Shown here: positions 50,774 through 59,761 of the stretch, in pieces
Position numbering within the stretch: the stretch's first letter is position 1
Layout: the number at the start of each line of letters is the position of its first letter
Sequence record: NZ_LR134454.1
Direction: 5' to 3' (one strand)
Source of the DNA: a plasmid
DNA: 64,000 nt
The notes under the pieces: generated by a model
The model's database searches: none
Seen by the model: the letters and a program-made list of their open reading frames with translations, nothing else
What the model was told of the DNA's origin: nothing
Program-made: the position numbers and the translations under genes

Positions 50774-51274
50774 CTACAGGTCCAGCTCGGCGCAGCCCGA
50801 CGGCACGATCATCACCGGCCGCTTGCATCCGCGCAGCACGTGCTCGGAAACGGACGAATGCCACAGCGACCGGATGCCCGAGACGCCGCGGCTCCCGGAC
50901 ACGATGACGTCCACGTCGAACGTGTCGGACGCGGCGATGAGCGCGGTCCACACGGTGGTGGACACCTCGATGAGCTCGCCGTGCGCGGTGAAGCCGGCGG
51001 CGGCCGCCAGGTCGACGCCCTGCTGGTTCGTCTTCTTGGCCTCGGCGTGCACGACGTCGCTCTCGCGGGTGAGTGCGGTCTCGGCGGCACCGGCCCCCGC
51101 GACGCCGGACATGGCGGACAGGCGGGCGGCCTGATGGATCGTGGACTCCCACGCGGTGACGACGATCGCCTCGGCGTCGCGGCCCTGCGCGAGGACCTTG
51201 CTGGCGTACTTGACGGCGCGCTGGGAGGACTCGGAGCCGTCGTACGCGATCAGAACCTTGACGGGGACACTCAT
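50774..51274 (-). CDS. Universal stress protein (UspA family)
   Basis: VKVLIAYDGSESSQRAV ... VDVIVSGSRGVSGIRSLWHSSVSEHVLRGCKRPVMIV. GAGGTGA RBS before the ATG at 51274. Confidence 0.8.
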   Translation of the reverse strand: MSVPVKVLIAYDGSESSQRAVKYASKVLAQGRDAEAIVVTAWESTIHQAARLSAMSGVAGAGAAETALTRESDVVHAEAKKTNQQGVDLAAAAGFTAHGELIEVSTTVWTALIAASDTFDVDVIVSGSRGVSGIRSLWHSSVSEHVLRGCKRPVMIVPSGCAELDL

Positions 51275-51417
51275 GCGGATCACCTCGATCTTCACGGTTA
51301 CCTGATGCCTCCAGGCTACGCCGAAACGCCTCGGTTGCAAGATGCAAGTCCGGGCGAGTCCGGCGCGCCGCGAACGCGCCCCCGGGCTGGTTTTCCCGCG
51401 CCTGCCAGACTGCGCGC

Positions 51418-52341
51418 ATGCGAAGAAACCGCACCCCGCTCCGTCCCGTCGCCCTCGCCGCGGCCGTGCTCGCCGCCCTCGCCGTGACGCCCGCGACCGC
51501 GGGAGCGGCACCGTCGAACCAGGCCTGCGGGGGCTGGCGCACGACGGTCCTGCGGTCCGGCATGGGCGCCCTCGAGAACCTCGCCTTCGACGGCACCGGC
51601 ACCGTCTACCTGTCCCGGCAGAACGTGCTCACCGGGAAGGGGAGCCTGCTCGCGGGCGCCGCGCCCGGCGCGCTGCGCACCGTCGTCGACCTGCCGAACC
51701 CCGGCGGGATCGTGGTCCGCGGCGGCGCGGTGCACGTCGCGACGGCGAACAGCGCGCCGTCGGGGCTGCTGGGGAAGCCGGACGGCACGGTGACCGTCGT
51801 GGACCCGGCCACCGGCGCGACCCGCATCGTCGCGTCCGGGCTGACCATGCCCAACGGCCTCGCGCTGCTGCCCGACGGCCGCGCCGTGACCAGCACCGTC
51901 CTCGGCCCGCGGCAGGGGATCGTCGCGACCGCGCCCGGCGGCGTGCCCGTGCCCTTCGCGCTGCGCGGCGAGCCCGTCAACGGCCTCTGGTTCGACGGTG
52001 CCTCCGGCCGCCTCTGGGCCTCGACGGCCACCACCGCGACCACGCGGCTCTACGCCATCGATCCCGCGCATCCCGACCGGCCGCGCCGCTACGAGGTGCC
52101 CGGGTTCGGGCCGGGGCACTTCGCCGACGACCTCACCGTGGGGCCCGACGGTGCCGTCTACGCCGCGCTCGACCTGCCGGGGACCGTCGTGCGGCTCGAC
52201 CCGGCGACCGGCGCGCAGTGCACGATCGCGACCGGTCACCGCGGCGTGACGTCGGTGCGGTTCGGCCGCGGCCCGGGCTGGGACGGCGCCGCGCTGTACG
52301 CGACGACCCTCACCGGCAAGCTGCTTCGGCTGGCCCGGTAG
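51418..52341 (+). CDS. SMP-30/gluconolactonase/LRE-like (strictosidine-synthase-like beta-propeller) secreted protein
   Basis: Signal peptide LAAAVLAALAVTPATAGAAP, then Gly-rich beta-propeller-like repeats. Confidence 0.65.
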   Translation: MRRNRTPLRPVALAAAVLAALAVTPATAGAAPSNQACGGWRTTVLRSGMGALENLAFDGTGTVYLSRQNVLTGKGSLLAGAAPGALRTVVDLPNPGGIVVRGGAVHVATANSAPSGLLGKPDGTVTVVDPATGATRIVASGLTMPNGLALLPDGRAVTSTVLGPRQGIVATAPGGVPVPFALRGEPVNGLWFDGASGRLWASTATTATTRLYAIDPAHPDRPRRYEVPGFGPGHFADDLTVGPDGAVYAALDLPGTVVRLDPATGAQCTIATGHRGVTSVRFGRGPGWDGAALYATTLTGKLLRLAR

Positions 52342-52368
52342 CGGCGGCGATCTGACAGACTGGCCCCG

Positions 52369-53532
52369 ATGCAGAAGTTTCGGAACCTCACGATCCTGGT
52401 GATCGCCGCGGCCGGCGTCGCGGCGTGCGGCCCGTCGAACCCCGACGCCGCGCTGTCCACGACGACCGTGGCGCAGGCCCCGTCGGCGACGAGGTCCGCG
52501 GCACCGTCGTCGGGCCCGGGACGCCCGGTGACCTGCGCTTCGGACTTCCTCGCGAAGCTCTCGGTGCGGGAGAAGGCCGGGCAGTTGCTCATGGTCGGCG
52601 TGAAGGACGCGGCCGACGCCCGGCGCGCCGTGCAGCAGGGCGTGGGCGGCGTGTTCATCGGTAGCTGGACCGACAAATCCGTGTTCTCGGGCGGGACGCT
52701 GCAGGGCGTCGCGAAGGCCGGGAAGGTGCCGGCGATGGTCTCCGTCGACGAGGAGGGCGGCCGCGTCTCCCGCGTGCCCGGCGCGAACCTCGTCTCGGCG
52801 CGCGAGCTGGCGCGCACGAAGACCGTCGCGCAGGCGCGAGCCGAGGGCGCGCGCGTCGGCAAGCTGTTGAAGTCGATGGGGATCACCGTGGACTTCGCCC
52901 CCGACGCCGACGTCTCCGCCCAGTCCGACGACTCCGTGATCGGCGACCGCTCGTACTCGAACGACCCGGCCGTGGTCGTGAAGTACTCGCAGGCCTTCGC
53001 CGCGGGCCTGCGCGACGGTGGCGTGTACCCGGTGTTCAAGCACTTCCCGGGGCACGGCAGCTCGTCGGGCGACTCGCACCAGGGCGGGGTGAGCGTGCCG
53101 CCGCTGAACGCCTTGAAGGCCAAGGACCTCGTGCCCTTCCGCGCCGCGGTCGACACCGGCGACGCGGGCGTCATGGTCGGCCACCTGACGGTGCCCGGCC
53201 TCACGGAGCCGGGCCTGCCGACCAGCCTCAGCCCGGCGACGATGCGCCTCCTGCGCGACGGTGCCGGGTACGGCGCGAAGCCCTTCGACGGGCCGATCTT
53301 CACCGATGATCTCTCCGGGATGAAGGCGATCACCGACCGGTTCAGCGTGCCGCAGGCCGTCGCGAAGTCGCTGGAGGCGGGCGCCGACGTCGCGCTGTGG
53401 ATCTCCACCGATCAGCTGGGCGCGGCGCTCGACGCCGTGGAGGCCTCGGTGAAGGCGAAGCGCATCACGATGCGGCGCCTCGACGATTCCGTGCTCCGCG
53501 TGGCGCGGGTGAAGCACGCCGTACGCTGCTGA
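52369..53532 (+). CDS. lpqI: Beta-N-acetylhexosaminidase lipoprotein (GH3, NagZ-like)
   Basis: Lipobox VAAC. GH3 motifs KHFPGHGSSSGDSHQG. Position after aftD as in Mtb Rv0237. Confidence 0.85.
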   Translation: MQKFRNLTILVIAAAGVAACGPSNPDAALSTTTVAQAPSATRSAAPSSGPGRPVTCASDFLAKLSVREKAGQLLMVGVKDAADARRAVQQGVGGVFIGSWTDKSVFSGGTLQGVAKAGKVPAMVSVDEEGGRVSRVPGANLVSARELARTKTVAQARAEGARVGKLLKSMGITVDFAPDADVSAQSDDSVIGDRSYSNDPAVVVKYSQAFAAGLRDGGVYPVFKHFPGHGSSSGDSHQGGVSVPPLNALKAKDLVPFRAAVDTGDAGVMVGHLTVPGLTEPGLPTSLSPATMRLLRDGAGYGAKPFDGPIFTDDLSGMKAITDRFSVPQAVAKSLEAGADVALWISTDQLGAALDAVEASVKAKRITMRRLDDSVLRVARVKHAVRC

Positions 53533-53555
53533 TTCCGAACGGATTTCACCGGAAC

Positions 53556-53600
53556 TTACTTGCGAGTAACCTCGTGGGCTAGGATCTGACTCGAGAGTAA
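53556..53600 (+). promoter_or_regulatory. Two operator-like dyads TTACTT-GC-GAGTAA (53556-53569) and TGACTC-GA-GAGTAA (53587-53600) upstream of the TetR gene
   Basis: Inverted repeats read directly from the sequence; the second overlaps the RBS. The same dyad recurs at 57265-57278. Confidence 0.55.
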
Positions 53601-53611
53601 GGAGGACGCCG

Positions 53612-54208
53612 ATGGCCGGTGGGACGAAGCGTTTGCCGCGCGCGGTACGCGAGCAGCAGATGCTGGACGCCGCCATCAAGGTGTTCTCGCGCAACGGCTT
53701 CTACGAGACGTCGATGGACGCGGTGGCCCGTGAGGCGCAGATCAGCAAGCCGATGCTGTACCTGTACTACGGGTCCAAGGACGAACTCTTCGCCGCGTGC
53801 GTCACGCGCGAGGCGGGCAAGTTCATGCGCAGCATCGAGTTCGACGCCAGCCCCACGCTGCCGCCGTCGCAGCGCCTGCGCTCGGTGATCGCCGGCTTCC
53901 TCAAGTACGTCGACCAGAACCGCGACGCCTGGCGCGTGATGTACCGCGAGACCACCGGCCAGGCCGCCTTCGCCGCGCTCTCCGAGAACAGCCGCGAGCG
54001 GGTCGTCGAGATGACCGCGGTGCTGCTCCGCGAGGCCGCCAAGTACGCGCCGGAGGACACGGATTTCGAGCTCTACGCCGTCGCCCTCGTCGGCTCCGGC
54101 GAGGCGATCGCGGACCGTCTGGCCACCGGCAAGGTCGAGCTCGACCGCGCCGTCGAGATCATGACCTCGTTCCTCTGGGGCGGCATCCGCGGCGAACGCC
54201 CGGAGTGA
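53612..54208 (+). CDS. TetR-family transcriptional regulator (Rv0238-like)
   Basis: HTH AAIKVFSRNGFYETSMDAVAREAQISKPMLYLYY. AAGGAGGA RBS. Confidence 0.85.
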   Translation: MAGGTKRLPRAVREQQMLDAAIKVFSRNGFYETSMDAVAREAQISKPMLYLYYGSKDELFAACVTREAGKFMRSIEFDASPTLPPSQRLRSVIAGFLKYVDQNRDAWRVMYRETTGQAAFAALSENSRERVVEMTAVLLREAAKYAPEDTDFELYAVALVGSGEAIADRLATGKVELDRAVEIMTSFLWGGIRGERPE

Positions 54209-54209
54209 G

Positions 54210-54773
54210 TCAGTCGGACAGTTCTTGCCACCACCGGCCGGAGAGGTGCGTGACCCTGGTCCGAGCCGCGTCGGTCGGGGTCGCGCCGTCGGGGTGGTAG
54301 GCCAGGCGCGTGGTACTGATCGACGGGCCGGCGATGTGGAACCGCACGACACTGTCGGTCTTGTACGCCGAGTAGACCTGCTGAGTTCCGATCTTCCGTG
54401 ATTCGTAGTCGACGACGTCCGCCCGCGGGTCGGCGAGCATCTGCTCGGCGACGGCCCGCAACCGGGGTTCGTCGTAGTTCCACCGGGCCTCGGGCACCGC
54501 GTTCGTCACGCCCAGCCCGATCGCGATCGCCCCGATCAGCGGAATGATCAGCAACCGCCACGCGAACCGGCGGATCGTGCGCGCCCAGGCCACCAGGTAC
54601 ACCAGCCAGCCCAGGAACAGAACCACACCGCCGAGGAGCGACAGCACGCCCAGGCCGGGGTCGCCGGGGAAGGTGCCTGCCCAGAGGAGCGCCGCGGCGT
54701 CGAGGACGAGAAAGACCGCCAGTCCGTACCCGAAGTGGGTCCAATTGCGCTGCGCCTCACGATCTGCCGTCAT
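54210..54773 (-). CDS. Membrane protein, unknown function (187 aa)
   Basis: Three predicted TM helices at the N-terminus. Convergent with the TetR gene. Confidence 0.45.
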   Translation of the reverse strand: MTADREAQRNWTHFGYGLAVFLVLDAAALLWAGTFPGDPGLGVLSLLGGVVLFLGWLVYLVAWARTIRRFAWRLLIIPLIGAIAIGLGVTNAVPEARWNYDEPRLRAVAEQMLADPRADVVDYESRKIGTQQVYSAYKTDSVVRFHIAGPSISTTRLAYHPDGATPTDAARTRVTHLSGRWWQELSD

Positions 54774-54837
54774 GCATCGACACTACGAGATGCTGCATGG
54801 CCCGAGCGCGGGAATGTCGACGCCGCTGCGTCCAGTG

Positions 54838-54864
54838 ACGGGTATGCGTTCCGCGCATCGCTCT
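54838..54864. repeat. Copy of the dispersed palindrome GGGTATGCG-N5-CGCAT
   Basis: GACGGGTATGCGTTCCGCGCATCGCTC, in the intergenic region downstream of htdX. Confidence 0.55.
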
Positions 54865-54963
54865 TCTGAACGACTACTGCACCCCCGCGGCCCGCGCGCC
54901 CGCACCCGGAGACGACGGTGCCCGCCGCGGCCGAAGCCGGGCGGGCACCGTCGGAGAACAGGG

Positions 54964-55854
54964 CTACAACGGCGTGACGGTGGCCGTCACGTGCGGGAAG
55001 CCCTTCTTGAGGTCCTTCGCGACGATCTCGGTACCGCCGGTCGCCTCGTCGCGCGAGACGTACAGGCCGATCTTCGCCGGCAGGATCACCGGGCGGCCGA
55101 AGCGCACGTGGTGCACGACCGCGTCGGGGATGTGGCCCTCGACGACGCGCAGCATCGCCGCGGCCGTCCACGCGCCGTGCGCGATCGAGGACGGGAAGCC
55201 GAACGCCTTGCCGCCGATCGGCGACATGTGGATCGGGTTCCGGTCGCCGCTGACGCCGGCGTAGCGGCGGATCAGGCCGCCGTCGGCCGAGAGCAGCGCG
55301 TCGGGGGCGCCGGGGCGGCCCTCCTTCGGCGCGGGCCCCGACGGCTCGCCGGACAGGGACGTCCGCTGCTGGATCAGCATCGTCGACACCTCGGAGGCCA
55401 CCGACGCGCCGGACGCGTCCGTGAACTCGGTGGTGAAGTCGATGAGCATGCCCTTGCGGTGCTCGCGGAGGTTGCCCACCGAGGTGCGCAGCGTGAGCTT
55501 CTCGCCCGGCTCGACCCGGCGGCGCCGCGTGATCGTGTTCTCCACGTGCACCGACCCCACCGCCGCGGCGGGGAAGTCGTCGGCGAGGAACAGGTCCATG
55601 ATCAGCGGGAAGGAGAGCACGTAGAGGTACATCACGGGTACCTCGCCGGTGTTCTTGAGCCCGACGACCTCGCAGTACTCGCCGACCCGCACGGGATCCA
55701 CGTCGACGGCGAGCTCGACGGTCCGGTCCGGCAGCGGGGTCTCCGGCTTGAGCGGGCCCTGCTTGCCGATCACGGGCAGGATGCCGCGCAGCCCGCGCGT
55801 GAGCACGGACAGGCTCGACGGCGGCGCCTGCAGGACGGTGGTCTTGGCGGCCAT
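54964..55854 (-). CDS. htdX: (3R)-hydroxyacyl-thioester dehydratase, double-hotdog (HtdX-like)
   Basis: MaoC motif YAGVSGDRNPIHMSPIGGKAFGF. ATG at 55854, two nt from the fabG4 stop codon. The track fuses this gene into a longer out-of-frame ORF. Confidence 0.75.
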   Translation of the reverse strand: MAAKTTVLQAPPSSLSVLTRGLRGILPVIGKQGPLKPETPLPDRTVELAVDVDPVRVGEYCEVVGLKNTGEVPVMYLYVLSFPLIMDLFLADDFPAAAVGSVHVENTITRRRRVEPGEKLTLRTSVGNLREHRKGMLIDFTTEFTDASGASVASEVSTMLIQQRTSLSGEPSGPAPKEGRPGAPDALLSADGGLIRRYAGVSGDRNPIHMSPIGGKAFGFPSSIAHGAWTAAAMLRVVEGHIPDAVVHHVRFGRPVILPAKIGLYVSRDEATGGTEIVAKDLKKGFPHVTATVTPL

Positions 55855-55856
55855 GA

Positions 55857-57215
55857 TCAGGCCCCCAGCAGGCTCTGACCGCAGACGCGCACGACGTTGC
55901 CGGTCACCGCGGCCGAGGACGGCGCGGCGAAGTAGGAGATGGTCTCCGCGACGTCGACGGTCTGGCCGCCCTGCTGCAGCGAGTTCATGAGGCGGCCGGC
56001 CTGGCGGGTGGCCAGCGGGATCGCGGCGGTCATGGCGGTCTCGATGAAGCCGGGCGCCACGGCGTTGATGGTGATGTTCTTCTTCGCCAGGACCGGGGTG
56101 TAGGCGTCGACGATGCCGATGACGCCGGCCTTGGTCGCGCCGTAGTTGGTCTGGCCGCGGTTGCCCGCGATGCCGGCGATCGACGAGACGTCGACGACGG
56201 CGCCGCCCTCGTTCAGGGCGTCCTCGGCGAGCAGGGCGTCGACCAGCTGCTTCGGCGCCTTGAGGTTGACGGCCATGACCGAGTTCCAGCGACCCTCGTC
56301 CATGTTGGCGAGCAGCTTGTCGCGGGTGATACCGGCGTTGTTGACGATGATGTCGAGGCCGCTGTGGCGCGACTTCACCAGTTCGGCGATCTTCTTGCCC
56401 GCGTCCTCTGCGGTCACGTCGAGGGGCAGCGCGGTGCCGCCGACCTTGTTCGCGACGGCGGACAGGGCCTCGCCGGCGGCGGGGATGTCGGCGGCGATGA
56501 CATGGGCGCCGTCGCGCGAGAGGACCTCGGCGATGGTGGCGCCGATGCCGCGGGCGGCGCCGGTGACCAGCGCGACCTTGCCGGCGAGCGGCTTGTCCCA
56601 ATCGGCGGGCGCGGCGGCGTCCTTGTCGGTGATGCGGATGACCTGCGCGTCGACGTAGGCCGACTTGCCCGACAGGAGGAAGCGCAGCGTCGAGGCCAGG
56701 CCCGAGGCGCCGGTGGCGGCGTCCGGGTGCACGTAGACGAGCTGCGCGGTGGCGCCGTCGCGGAGCTCCTTGGCGACGGAGCGGGTGAAGCCCTCGAGGG
56801 CGCGCTGGACGATGTGCTCGTCGAGGTCCTCGATCAGCTCGGGCGTGGTGCCGAGCACCACGACGCGGGCGCTGTTGCCCAGCGTGCGCATCTGCGGGCC
56901 GAAGAACTCGTAGAGGCCGACGAGCTCGTCGATCGACGTGATGCCGGTGGCGTCGAAGACCGCGCCGCCCAGCTTCTCGGCGCCGCGGGCGCCGCCGTTG
57001 TTGACGACGAGGTCGTAGTCCGCGAGCAGCTCGCGCACGGGCTCGACGAGGCGGCCCTTGCCGCCGAGGAGGACGGGGCCGGCGAGCGCGGGCTTGCCGG
57101 CCTGGTAGCGGCGCAGGACCGGCGGCTGCGGCAGGCCGAGTCGGCTGGCCAGGAAGGAGCCGGGGCCCGACTTCACGAAGGCCGCGTAGAAGTCCGTGCT
57201 GGGTGCATCAGGCAT
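55857..57215 (-). CDS. fabG4: 3-oxoacyl-[ACP] reductase FabG4 (two-domain, high-molecular-weight FabG)
   Basis: 453 aa from the ATG at 57215 ([23 protein letters not shown]...), collinear with mycobacterial FabG4 including [19 protein letters not shown] and NNAGITRD. The track ORF extends 5' without a stop but has no support upstream. Confidence 0.85.
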   Translation of the reverse strand: MPDAPSTDFYAAFVKSGPGSFLASRLGLPQPPVLRRYQAGKPALAGPVLLGGKGRLVEPVRELLADYDLVVNNGGARGAEKLGGAVFDATGITSIDELVGLYEFFGPQMRTLGNSARVVVLGTTPELIEDLDEHIVQRALEGFTRSVAKELRDGATAQLVYVHPDAATGASGLASTLRFLLSGKSAYVDAQVIRITDKDAAAPADWDKPLAGKVALVTGAARGIGATIAEVLSRDGAHVIAADIPAAGEALSAVANKVGGTALPLDVTAEDAGKKIAELVKSRHSGLDIIVNNAGITRDKLLANMDEGRWNSVMAVNLKAPKQLVDALLAEDALNEGGAVVDVSSIAGIAGNRGQTNYGATKAGVIGIVDAYTPVLAKKNITINAVAPGFIETAMTAAIPLATRQAGRLMNSLQQGGQTVDVAETISYFAAPSSAAVTGNVVRVCGQSLLGA

Positions 57216-57264
57216 GTGAGGTACCTCATCCGTGTGGGGTTCCGATAGGCTATCGACAAGCAAC

Positions 57265-57278
57265 TTACTCCAGAGTAA
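57265..57278. promoter_or_regulatory. Operator-like dyad TTACTC-CA-GAGTAA in the fabG4 / fadA2 divergent promoter region
   Basis: Perfect 6-bp inverted repeat with a 2-bp spacer. Shares the extended context AACTTACT...GAGTAA with the sites upstream of the TetR gene. Confidence 0.55.
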
Positions 57279-57320
57279 GAATACTCGGTAGTAGCAACCC
57301 TCGATCACTGGGAGAAACCC

Positions 57321-58604
57321 GTGGCAAACATCGAAACCCGTCCGGTCGCCATCCTCGGCGGCAACCGGATCCCCTTCGCGCGTTCGGACCGTGCGTACGC
57401 GAAGGCCAGCAACCAGGACATGTTCACCGCCGCCCTCAATGGTCTCGTGAGCCGCTTCAACCTGCAGGGCGAGCAGCTGGGCGCCGTGGTCGGTGGCGCC
57501 GTGCTCAAGCACAGCCGCGACTTCAACCTGATCCGCGAGTCGGTGCTCGGCAGCCCGCTCAGCCCCTACACCCCTGCTTTCGACGTGCAGCAGGCCTGCG
57601 CCACCGGCCTGCAGGCGATCAACGCCGCGGCCCAGGGCATCCAGCTCGGCCGCTACGAGGCGGCCATCGGCGGCGGCGTCGACACCACCTCCGACGCGCC
57701 GATCGGCGTCTCCGAGGGCATGCGCAAGGTGATGCTCGAGCTCAACCGCGCGTCGAGCACCGTCGACCGCCTCAAGCTGGTCGGCAAGCTCCCGGCCAAC
57801 CTGGGCATCGACATCCCGCGCAACGGCGAGCCCCGCACCGGCATGTCGATGGGCGAGCACGCCGCCATCACCGCCAAGGAGATGGGCGTCTCCCGCGCCG
57901 AGCAGGACGAGCTGGCCTACCTCAGTCACACCAACATGGCGGCGGCCTACGACCGCGGCTTCTTCGAGGACCTGATCACCCCGTACCTGGGCCTGACCCG
58001 CGACGACAACCTGCGCCCGGGCAGCTCCGTCGAGAAGCTCGCCACGCTCAAGCCCGTCTTCGGCGTCTCGCTGGGCGACGCGACGATGACGGCCGGCAAC
58101 TCGACGCCGCTTACCGACGGCGCGTCGACGGTGCTGCTGTCCTCCGACGAGTGGGCGGCCGAGCGCGGCCTGCCCGTGCTCGCGTACCTCAAGGACGTGG
58201 AGTACTCGGCCGTGGACTACGTCGGCGGCAAGGACGGCCTGCTCATGGCGCCGACGTACGCCGTGCCGAAGCTGCTGGCCCGCAACGGCCTCACGCTGCA
58301 GGACTTCGACTTCTACGAGATCCACGAGGCCTTCGCCTCCGTCGTGCTCGCGACGCTGCAGGCCTGGGAGTCGCCCGAGTACTGCAAGGACCGCCTGGGC
58401 CTGGACAAGCCGCTCGGCTCGATCGACCGCAGCAAGCTCAACGTCAACGGCTCGTCGCTGGCGGCGGGCCACCCGTTCGCCGCGACCGGCGGCCGCATCG
58501 TGGCCTCCGCCGCGAAGCAGATCAAGGAGAACGGCGGCGGTCGCGCGCTGATCTCGATCTGCGCCGCCGGTGGTCAGGGCATCACCGCCATCATCGAGGG
58601 CTGA
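57321..58604 (+). CDS. fadA2: Acetyl-CoA C-acyltransferase (thiolase)
   Basis: GTG start. Thiolase active-site regions [10 protein letters not shown] and the C-terminal [16 protein letters not shown]. Confidence 0.85.
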   Translation: MANIETRPVAILGGNRIPFARSDRAYAKASNQDMFTAALNGLVSRFNLQGEQLGAVVGGAVLKHSRDFNLIRESVLGSPLSPYTPAFDVQQACATGLQAINAAAQGIQLGRYEAAIGGGVDTTSDAPIGVSEGMRKVMLELNRASSTVDRLKLVGKLPANLGIDIPRNGEPRTGMSMGEHAAITAKEMGVSRAEQDELAYLSHTNMAAAYDRGFFEDLITPYLGLTRDDNLRPGSSVEKLATLKPVFGVSLGDATMTAGNSTPLTDGASTVLLSSDEWAAERGLPVLAYLKDVEYSAVDYVGGKDGLLMAPTYAVPKLLARNGLTLQDFDFYEIHEAFASVVLATLQAWESPEYCKDRLGLDKPLGSIDRSKLNVNGSSLAAGHPFAATGGRIVASAAKQIKENGGGRALISICAAGGQGITAIIEG

Positions 58605-58665
58605 TGCCCCGGGGCGCGCGCCCCGAGGACTGATGCTGCCGGCCCCGGCCGCCTAAGCTGGTGTC

Positions 58666-59088
58666 ATGACCGCGACGGACGATCTGATCGAGAGGATCCT
58701 GCGCGACTACGACACCATCACGGTGGTCGGGGCCAGCGTCGATCCGGCGAAGGCGGCCCACGACGTGCCCGCCTACATGCAGCACCGCGGATGGCGCATC
58801 ATCCCGGTGAACCCGCACGCCGACGAGATACTCGGCGAGCCGGTGTACCGCACCCTGGCCGACGTCCCGGAACAAGTCGGCCTGGTCGACGTCTTCCGGC
58901 CCGCCGAGTTCACGCCCGACATCGCCCGGCAGGCCGTCGCCGCCGGGGCGACGGCGCTGTGGCTGCAGCTGGGCATCCGCTCGGCCGAGGCGCGCGAGAT
59001 CGCCGAGTCCGCCGGGCTGCTCTACGTCGAGGACCGCTGCCTCATCATCGAACAGCGCCGCACGCAGATCTCCAGGAGGAGCGCATGA
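58666..59088 (+). CDS. CoA-binding domain protein (YccU-like)
   Basis: TITVVGASVDPAKAAHDV...IIPVNP Rossmann-like CoA-binding motif. 140 aa. Confidence 0.75.
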   Translation: MTATDDLIERILRDYDTITVVGASVDPAKAAHDVPAYMQHRGWRIIPVNPHADEILGEPVYRTLADVPEQVGLVDVFRPAEFTPDIARQAVAAGATALWLQLGIRSAEAREIAESAGLLYVEDRCLIIEQRRTQISRRSA

Positions 59089-59585
59089 CCTTCGGCATCG
59101 TCGTCGTCGCCGTGGTCGCGGTCGTGGCCGTCCTCATGCTGATCGGCGTCGTGTGGTTCCTCCGCGACTCCAACAAGCGGATCAAGGACTTCGCCAACTC
59201 CGGCGATCTGATCCCCGGCCGTCCCGGCCGCGCGCCCGCCGAGTGGGCGAACGCCACCTCCACCGAGGCGCTCCTGCACCAGCGCACCCGCTACGCCATC
59301 GCCGACGTGCACCGCGGCGCCTTCGCCCCAGCCGTCCCGCCGCCCGCGGATTCCGCGATCAACGGCTCGGAGTCCGACCTCGCCGCCCTCGACGACGCCG
59401 TCTTCGCCCTCGACGACCGCATCATCGCCGCCGCGCAGCTCTCGGGCGAGGAGCGCACGAAAGCCCTGGGCGAGCTGGAACCCAAGGTCGCGGCTCTGGA
59501 AGGCCTCACCGGGAAGCTCTGGGATGCCCCGTCGGCCCAGCGCCGCCCCCTCATCGACGGCGTGACCGCTACGCTCCTCCGCTGA
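59085..59585 (+). CDS. Membrane-anchored protein of unknown function (166 aa)
   Basis: AGGAGGA RBS. ATGA overlap with the upstream gene. Single N-terminal TM helix IVVVAVVAVVAVLMLIGVVWF. Confidence 0.5.
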   Translation: MTFGIVVVAVVAVVAVLMLIGVVWFLRDSNKRIKDFANSGDLIPGRPGRAPAEWANATSTEALLHQRTRYAIADVHRGAFAPAVPPPADSAINGSESDLAALDDAVFALDDRIIAAAQLSGEERTKALGELEPKVAALEGLTGKLWDAPSAQRRPLIDGVTATLLR

Positions 59586-59632
59586 GCTCGTCGCCCGCGC
59601 GGGGCGGGGTGTTGCTCGGAGCAGTTATGCGT

Positions 59633-59707
59633 CCCACGCATACCCCCGAACCCCGCAGCTAGACGCTGTCTTCTTCGGGCCGGGCCATGCGTCTGGCGCA
59701 TACCCTC
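59633..59707. repeat. Two further copies of the dispersed palindrome, about 53 bp apart
   Basis: AGTTATGCGTCCCACGCATACCCCC (about 59633-59657) and GGCCATGCGTCTGGCGCATACCCTC (about 59683-59707), between convergent 3' ends. Confidence 0.6.
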
Positions 59708-59761
59708 GTCCTCCAGCCTGACGGTCCGCCGCCCGCCACGGCGATCTGGCCCGCCCCCATA

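Noticed and set aside
54964-56601. 545-aa ORF fusing htdX to upstream sequence
   Set aside because: Its N-terminal 250 aa are Arg/His-rich nonsense in a frame overlapping fabG4. The real htdX starts at the ATG at 55854 immediately after the fabG4 stop.
55857-58472. 871-aa ORF in the track for the fabG4 region
   Set aside because: The homologous FabG4 sequence begins at the ATG at 57215 (453 aa). The upstream 400 codons are open only by chance, run through the divergent fadA2 promoter and start, and have nonsense composition.
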